Part shown: positions 59,974 through 64,000 of the stretch, piece by piece | Layout: each line of letters starts with the position of its first letter | How positions within the stretch are numbered: the stretch's first letter is position 1 | Assembly: GCA_037625715.1 (NCBI GenBank) | Contig: JASJHQ010000078.1 | Span: forward strand, 3,550 to 67,549 | Source: Flavobacteriales bacterium | GTDB taxonomy: Bacteria; Bacteroidota; Bacteroidia; Flavobacteriales; UBA7312 | Length of the DNA: 64,000 nt | Reading direction: 5' to 3' | Made by a program: the position numbers and the translations under genes | Notes under the pieces: generated by a model | Databases searched by the model: none | What the model saw: only the letters and a program-made list of their open reading frames with translations | Told to the model about the DNA's origin: nothing

Positions 59974-60667
59974 TATAATTTAGTAATTCATTTAGTCCCG
60001 TCAAAACCAAATCAGGGGCTGCAAAGATGCTATTTTTTAATTCTTTATCAAAAAATTTAGCATCACCACCAGTTAATATTATTTGCAGATCAGGATAATC
60101 GGATTTATAACGATTAATTATGCCATCTATTTCACAAATCATACCATTTATTACTCCCGATAGAATAGCGCTTTCGGTGCTATGACCAACAAGAGGATGT
60201 TCAATGCTAGGGCTTACTAATGGCAATTTTGAGGTTTGTTGGTGCAAGCTTTTAAAGCGCATATTTAGACCTGGAGAGATAGAACCTCCCAAATAAACGC
60301 CATCTTTTGTAAGTATATCGTAGGTAATGCAAGTACCAGAATCGATAGTTAATACGTTTTTTTCAGGAAATAATGCCCCTGCTGCCACCACTGCTGCAAG
60401 CCTATCCATGCCTAAAGTTTTAGGAGTAGTACTTTTATTTACAATAGGTATTTTGGTGCTGTAGTCGAGATGCAAAAACCTGGGGTGATTGCGAAGCTGA
60501 TCGGGGATACTGTCCGATTTTACACTAGAAAACACAATGCTATGGGCTTTTTCGACATAGTCGGAAATAGACAGCCAACTGTCTACTACTTCTTTTTTGA
60601 GCAAAATATTGGCTTCAAAAAGAGCGATTTTTATGTGTGTGTTACCCTGATCTATTATTAACTTCAA
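59957..60667 (-). CDS. coaX: Type III pantothenate kinase
   Basis: Motifs (M)KLIIDQGNTHIKIALF, GMDRLAAVVAA, IDSGTCITYD and LTGGDA. There is no ATG near the N-terminus. TTG at 60667 gives the canonical N-terminus. The track's TTG at 60757 would add 30 non-conserved residues and run over the tRNA-Phe promoter region. Confidence 0.85.
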   Translation of the reverse strand: MKLIIDQGNTHIKIALFEANILLKKEVVDSWLSISDYVEKAHSIVFSSVKSDSIPDQLRNHPRFLHLDYSTKIPIVNKSTTPKTLGMDRLAAVVAAGALFPEKNVLTIDSGTCITYDILTKDGVYLGGSISPGLNMRFKSLHQQTSKLPLVSPSIEHPLVGHSTESAILSGVINGMICEIDGIINRYKSDYPDLQIILTGGDAKFFDKELKNSIFAAPDLVLTGLNELLNYNEANF

Positions 60668-60741
60668 AACGTAAGACTGTGTTTCAACAAATTTAACAAA
60701 AGGAAAATGCAAAGAAATATTTTTTAGATTAATTTTTTTTA

Positions 60742-60749
60742 TACATTTG
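60742..60749 (+). promoter_or_regulatory. Candidate -7 promoter box (TACATTTG) for tRNA-Phe
   Basis: TACATTTG matches TAnnTTTG, 15 nt upstream of the mature tRNA 5' end. Confidence 0.4.
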
Positions 60750-60763
60750 TCGCCCAATTAGTT

Positions 60764-60836
60764 GGTGCTATAGCTCAGTTGGTAGAGCAATGGACTGAAA
60801 ATCCATGTGTCCCTGGTTCGAATCCTGGTAGCACCA
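60764..60836 (+). tRNA. tRNA-Phe (anticodon GAA)
   Basis: 73 nt, folded by hand. Acceptor GGTGCTA/TAGCACC, D-arm GCTC-AGTTGGTA-GAGC, anticodon arm ATGGA-CTGAAAA-TCCAT (GAA), 5-nt variable loop, T-arm CCTGG-TTCGAAT-CCTGG with one U-U mismatch, discriminator A. CCA is not encoded. Confidence 0.93.
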
Positions 60837-60843
60837 CTTTTTC

Positions 60844-60878
60844 AAAAAACCCTTACAAGAAATTGTAAGGGTTTTTTT
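60844..60878 (+). terminator. Rho-independent terminator after tRNA-Phe
   Basis: aaaaaaCCCTTACAAgaaaTTGTAAGGGttttttt: a 9-bp stem, 4-nt loop and 7-T run. Confidence 0.8.
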
Positions 60879-60886
60879 GTGCTTTT

Positions 60887-60956
60887 TTTTTAAAGCCGAA
60901 ATGCCATTCATACTAGATGAAAATTATACTCCTTAAAGCTTATCAGGCTTAATTAA
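60887..60956 (+). repeat. 70-bp direct repeat, copy 1 (R1)
   Basis: tttttaaagccgaaatgccattcatActagatgaaaaTtatactccttaaagcttatcaGgCttaattaa. 66/70 identical to 62529-62598. Confidence 0.9.
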
Positions 60957-60976
60957 ATAATGATTATTTTTAACAT

Positions 60977-62491
60977 ATGAAAACACATGAAACAAGAGGA
61001 AAACAACTAAAAGAGAAATATAAATTTCATTGGAACAGAGAAATAACAAAAGTTCTAATACTTTCATTCTTATTAGTGTCATGCTCTAAAGATAATTTAC
61101 AACCAATAATTGAAGATTTTTATACAGGGGATTTTGATATTATAGATGGATACACTGATAAATTGTCATATCATATCGGAGATACAATCCATTTGTTTTT
61201 GAACACTGAACAAGACACAATGGCTTTAATAACAATAAATGATATAAATGGTAATGAAGTATGGGGACAAACGAAACAGATATTAAATCAAAATATCACA
61301 AATGAAAAGCCATGGAAAGATGGCTTTGGATATGACACTACAATAAGTATCGTTTTAAATGAAAATAAATTTGAAACTGGAGTGTTTTTTACAAATATTA
61401 ATAATATACCAATTATCATCAAAAAACAACCATACGAAAGTACAAACTTACTTATAGTCTTGCCAACAAATACAATGCACGCATACACAACTAGTGGTGG
61501 AAAATCATTTTACTATGATTTTATTTTAGGGAGGGAAGTTGCTGATGAATTAAGCTTTTTAAGGCCATATAGAAATTATGATCAAAGAAGAGGGTCTGTT
61601 GTCGAGAAATTAAGAGTCAGGCCAGGAATAAGTTGGCTATTCAATGAAGGTTATGATTGCAACTTTATAAGTGATTACGATATGGAGAACAAAAACTATG
61701 CATTAAATAGCGATATCATAGTTATAGTTGGTCACTCCGAATTTTGGTCAAAAAAAGCTAGAATGAATTTTGACAACCATGTTGACAACGGAAAAAATGC
61801 TTTAATTTTATCTGGAAATACAATGTGGAAACAAATAGATTTCGAAGAAAATGGAAAAAAAATGTACTCCTATACTGACGATCATCCTGAAAAAAACATT
61901 TATCCAGACAGACTTACTAGTGGATTTAGCGGAATTCAATCAACCAACAATTATACTGAAATAGGCCAATTTTATGAAACTTCAGAATATCCAGTTTACC
62001 CAAGCATAGGTGCAGATTGGTGGAATGGCGGATATGGATATGGTGGCAATGCGGACACAATAGGATTTGGCCTCAATCAATTAGGAGGATATAAAATTCT
62101 AGACAATCATTCTGCATTATTTAATGGAACTGGCATAGAAGTAAATGACATCTTCAACATCCCAACGAGAGAGTTCGATGGCTGCTTAGTTAAAGATTTT
62201 GATCAAGATGGAAACCCCAAATTTGATACCACTCTTTTTCACAAAATAAATTATTACGGCTATAACATCGTTAACTTATCAGACAATGGTGTTAAACTTA
62301 ATTATAGTGCTCTATTTGCTTTCCAGAAAAGCATTTCATCTGGGGTAATAATTAACACATCCTCACAAGATTGGTGCTATGAAACCGGATTAGGCTCAAG
62401 CCATAAAAACGCAGTCGTCATAAATAAAATAACAAAAAATATGATTGATGTTCTTCAACAAAATAATGCTTCAGAAATTTTATTTGATTAA
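60977..62491 (+). CDS. Lipoprotein with N,N-dimethylformamidase-beta-subunit-like (DMFA2_C/DUF6605-type) domain
   Basis: 504 aa. Lipobox ..LILSFLLVSCSKDN after a long charged N-region. LLIVLPTNTMHAYTTSGGKSFYYD and IVIVGHSEFWSKKARMNFDNHVDNGKNALILSGNTMWKQIDFEENG resemble the conserved (T)xxAYN..GG.S.Y and GH.EYWS...R....GGN..F.SGN..W blocks of that family, judged from memory rather than a search. Confidence 0.55.
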   Translation: MKTHETRGKQLKEKYKFHWNREITKVLILSFLLVSCSKDNLQPIIEDFYTGDFDIIDGYTDKLSYHIGDTIHLFLNTEQDTMALITINDINGNEVWGQTKQILNQNITNEKPWKDGFGYDTTISIVLNENKFETGVFFTNINNIPIIIKKQPYESTNLLIVLPTNTMHAYTTSGGKSFYYDFILGREVADELSFLRPYRNYDQRRGSVVEKLRVRPGISWLFNEGYDCNFISDYDMENKNYALNSDIIVIVGHSEFWSKKARMNFDNHVDNGKNALILSGNTMWKQIDFEENGKKMYSYTDDHPEKNIYPDRLTSGFSGIQSTNNYTEIGQFYETSEYPVYPSIGADWWNGGYGYGGNADTIGFGLNQLGGYKILDNHSALFNGTGIEVNDIFNIPTREFDGCLVKDFDQDGNPKFDTTLFHKINYYGYNIVNLSDNGVKLNYSALFAFQKSISSGVIINTSSQDWCYETGLGSSHKNAVVINKITKNMIDVLQQNNASEILFD

Positions 62492-62509
62492 TGAATAAGA
62501 AAAAATAAT
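62482..62509 (+). repeat. 28-bp direct repeat, copy 1 (R2), spanning the stop codon of the 504-aa gene
   Basis: atttgatTaatgaataagaaaaaataat. 27/28 identical to 62612-62639. Confidence 0.9.
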
Positions 62510-62528
62510 AAAAACGAAAGTGAAGTGT

Positions 62529-62598
62529 TTTTAAAGCCGAAATGCCATTCATCCTAGATGAAAAATATACTCCTTAAAGCTTATCAAGTTTAATTAAC
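62529..62598 (+). repeat. 70-bp direct repeat, copy 2 (R1')
   Basis: tttttaaagccgaaatgccattcatCctagatgaaaaAtatactccttaaagcttatcaAgTttaattaa. See copy 1. Confidence 0.9.
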
Positions 62599-62611
62599 TA
62601 ATAATTAAATG

Positions 62612-62639
62612 ATTTGATAAATGAATAAGAAAAAATAAT
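62612..62639 (+). repeat. 28-bp direct repeat, copy 2 (R2'), ending in the first two bases of the methylase ATG
   Basis: atttgatAaatgaataagaaaaaataat, followed by g (ATG at 62638-62640). Confidence 0.9.
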
Positions 62640-64000
62640 GGCACAATCAATAGAACCAAATATTGCAGATTTAGCTAATGGATGGCTTAAATCATACAAA
62701 CTACCATATAAATTAGAACAAGAATCAGTAAATGCTGAAATAGACAAAGCACTTTCTGACTACTTCACTAAAAATGGCGGAACAGGTGCAAATCGACCAG
62801 ATGCAAAAATATTACTTGAAGATAAAAATTTAGACTTCTTCCCTATTCTTATTGAGTACAAAGGGTATAAAGACAAACTCGTAAAACTTGACAATGACAA
62901 TCAAGTTGAAAATAGAACTGCGAAAAACGAACCGAATTTTAAGAACATTAATTCTTTTGCAGTAAATGGTGCTGTGCATTATGCAAATGCATTACTTCAT
63001 CATACAAGTTATACCGATATAATCGCTATCGGAATGACAGGTTACAAAAACGAAAGAGGAGAAATTCAACACGAAATCGGTGTTTATCATGTTTCTAAAA
63101 GTAATCTGGGTGCAGGACAAGAGGTCGATAAATATTCAGATTTTTCATTTTTATCACCGAAAAACTTTGAGAAATTTATTGAGAAAGTCAAAACACTTCA
63201 ACTATCACAAGAAGAACTTGATAAATTAAAAGAGCAGAAAGAAAAAGAAATTGATGCCGTTTTATCAAAGCTAAATAATCATATTTACGAGAACGAAAGG
63301 GGTATCGATTCTTCTATCGTGTTTATCTTTTAGCCGCTTCAATTATTGCTACACTTGGAATACAAGGCAAAGTTGCACCACTCGAAAAATCAGATTTAAA
63401 ATCATCAACTGAAACAGGAAATAAAGACGTTGACATTCTAATTAGAAAGATTGAAGCATTTTTAGTCGAAAAAAAAACCTGAAGAAAAGAAAAAATACAT
63501 ACTTAGTGCCCTAAATAACATTCTTACCGCCAACAATATTAACAATGTTAAAGATGGTGAAAGTCAACTTAAAAGAGTGTTTACAAAAATTGTAGATGAT
63601 TTAGGCATCTATTATAAAATAGGTTTAACAACAGATTTTACAGGAAAACTATTCAACGAAATGTACGGTTGGTTTGGTTTTAGTGAAGATAAGTTGAATG
63701 ATGTAGTGCTTACACCATCGTATATAGCTACTTTATTAGTAAGACTATCACGTGTAAATAAAGACTCTTATGTGTGGGATTTTGCCACAGGTTCTGCAGG
63801 TTTATTGGTTGCTGCTATGAACGAAATGCTTATTGATGCCAAAAACACCATTAAATCGCCTGATGAACTTACACAAAAACAATTGCTAATAAAGGCTGAA
63901 CAATTGCATTGGCTAGAATTGCTACCTGAAGTCTATATGCTAGCGATTTTAAATATGATAATGATGGGCGATGGAAGCTCTAATATTTTAAATATAGATT
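62638..64000 (+). pseudogene. N6-adenine DNA methyltransferase (HsdM/N6_Mtase-type) with N-terminal PD-ExK-like domain; reading frame broken twice; 3' end beyond window
   Basis: Segment 1 is 62638-63333 (the track ORF, which stops at TAG). Segment 2, in another frame from about 63306 to 63481, reads RVYLLAASIIATLGIQGKVAPLEKSDLK...ILIRKIEAFLVEKKT*. Segment 3 returns to the frame of segment 1 from 63478 to the window end: PEEKKKYILSALNN...TGKLFNEMYGWFGFSEDKLNDVVLTPSYIATLLVRLSRVNKDSYVWDFATGSAGLLVAAMNEM...ILNMIMMGDGSSNILNID. It contains the SAM motif I (DFATGSAG) and the N6_Mtase-typical xVLTPxxI. Confidence 0.75.

Noticed and set aside
60837-64000. Classical integrative element at tRNA-Phe (integrase plus duplicated tRNA 3' end as att site)
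   Set aside because: There is no integrase or recombinase ORF, and I saw no copy of the tRNA 3' segment (ggttcgaatcctggtagcacca) in the remaining 3.2 kb. The observed direct repeats do not contain tRNA sequence. An element extending beyond the window cannot be excluded.

Overview
Low-GC Bacteroidota chromosome segment with Flavobacteriia-like gene content and synteny. It uses the standard bacterial code: TGA is a stop in well-conserved genes such as miaB and fbp. It is densely coded with many start/stop overlaps. (1) 1-11.2 kb, minus strand: a Wzx/Wzy-type surface-polysaccharide operon. It has 2 GT4 glycosyltransferases, a Wzy-like polymerase, three Wzx/PST flippase paralogues and a WbpA-B-D-E-type UDP-2,3-diacetamido-glucuronate module. 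(2) 11.3-16.8 kb: the type IX secretion / gliding core operon gldK-L-M-N, preceded by a porP/sprF-family gene interrupted by one in-frame TGA. (3) 16.9-60.8 kb: housekeeping core. This includes topA, miaB, a sigma-54 activator, lptE, secG, groES/EL, ctaA, rplU-rpmA, serS, rsmA, mgtE, lysC, fbp, mfd, purH, mreBCD-mrdA-rodA, a ppiD-like gene, lptC and coaX, plus one T9SS-sorted secreted protein. (4) 60.8-64 kb: tRNA-Phe(GAA) marks a switch to accessory-looking DNA. A lipoprotein gene there is bracketed by duplicated copies of the neighbouring gene's 5' leader. It is followed by an N6-adenine DNA methyltransferase gene broken by two compensating frameshifts at or near homopolymer runs, and that gene runs off the window. 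I found no CRISPR array, rRNA, transposase or integrase. I did not find a self-evident, wholly novel multi-gene system. The most unusual loci are the tRNA-Phe-proximal cassette and methylase region, the interrupted porP at the head of the T9SS operon, the Wbp module abutting gldKLMN, and a degenerate arginase-fold protein. All family calls come from motif recognition by eye; no searches were run.
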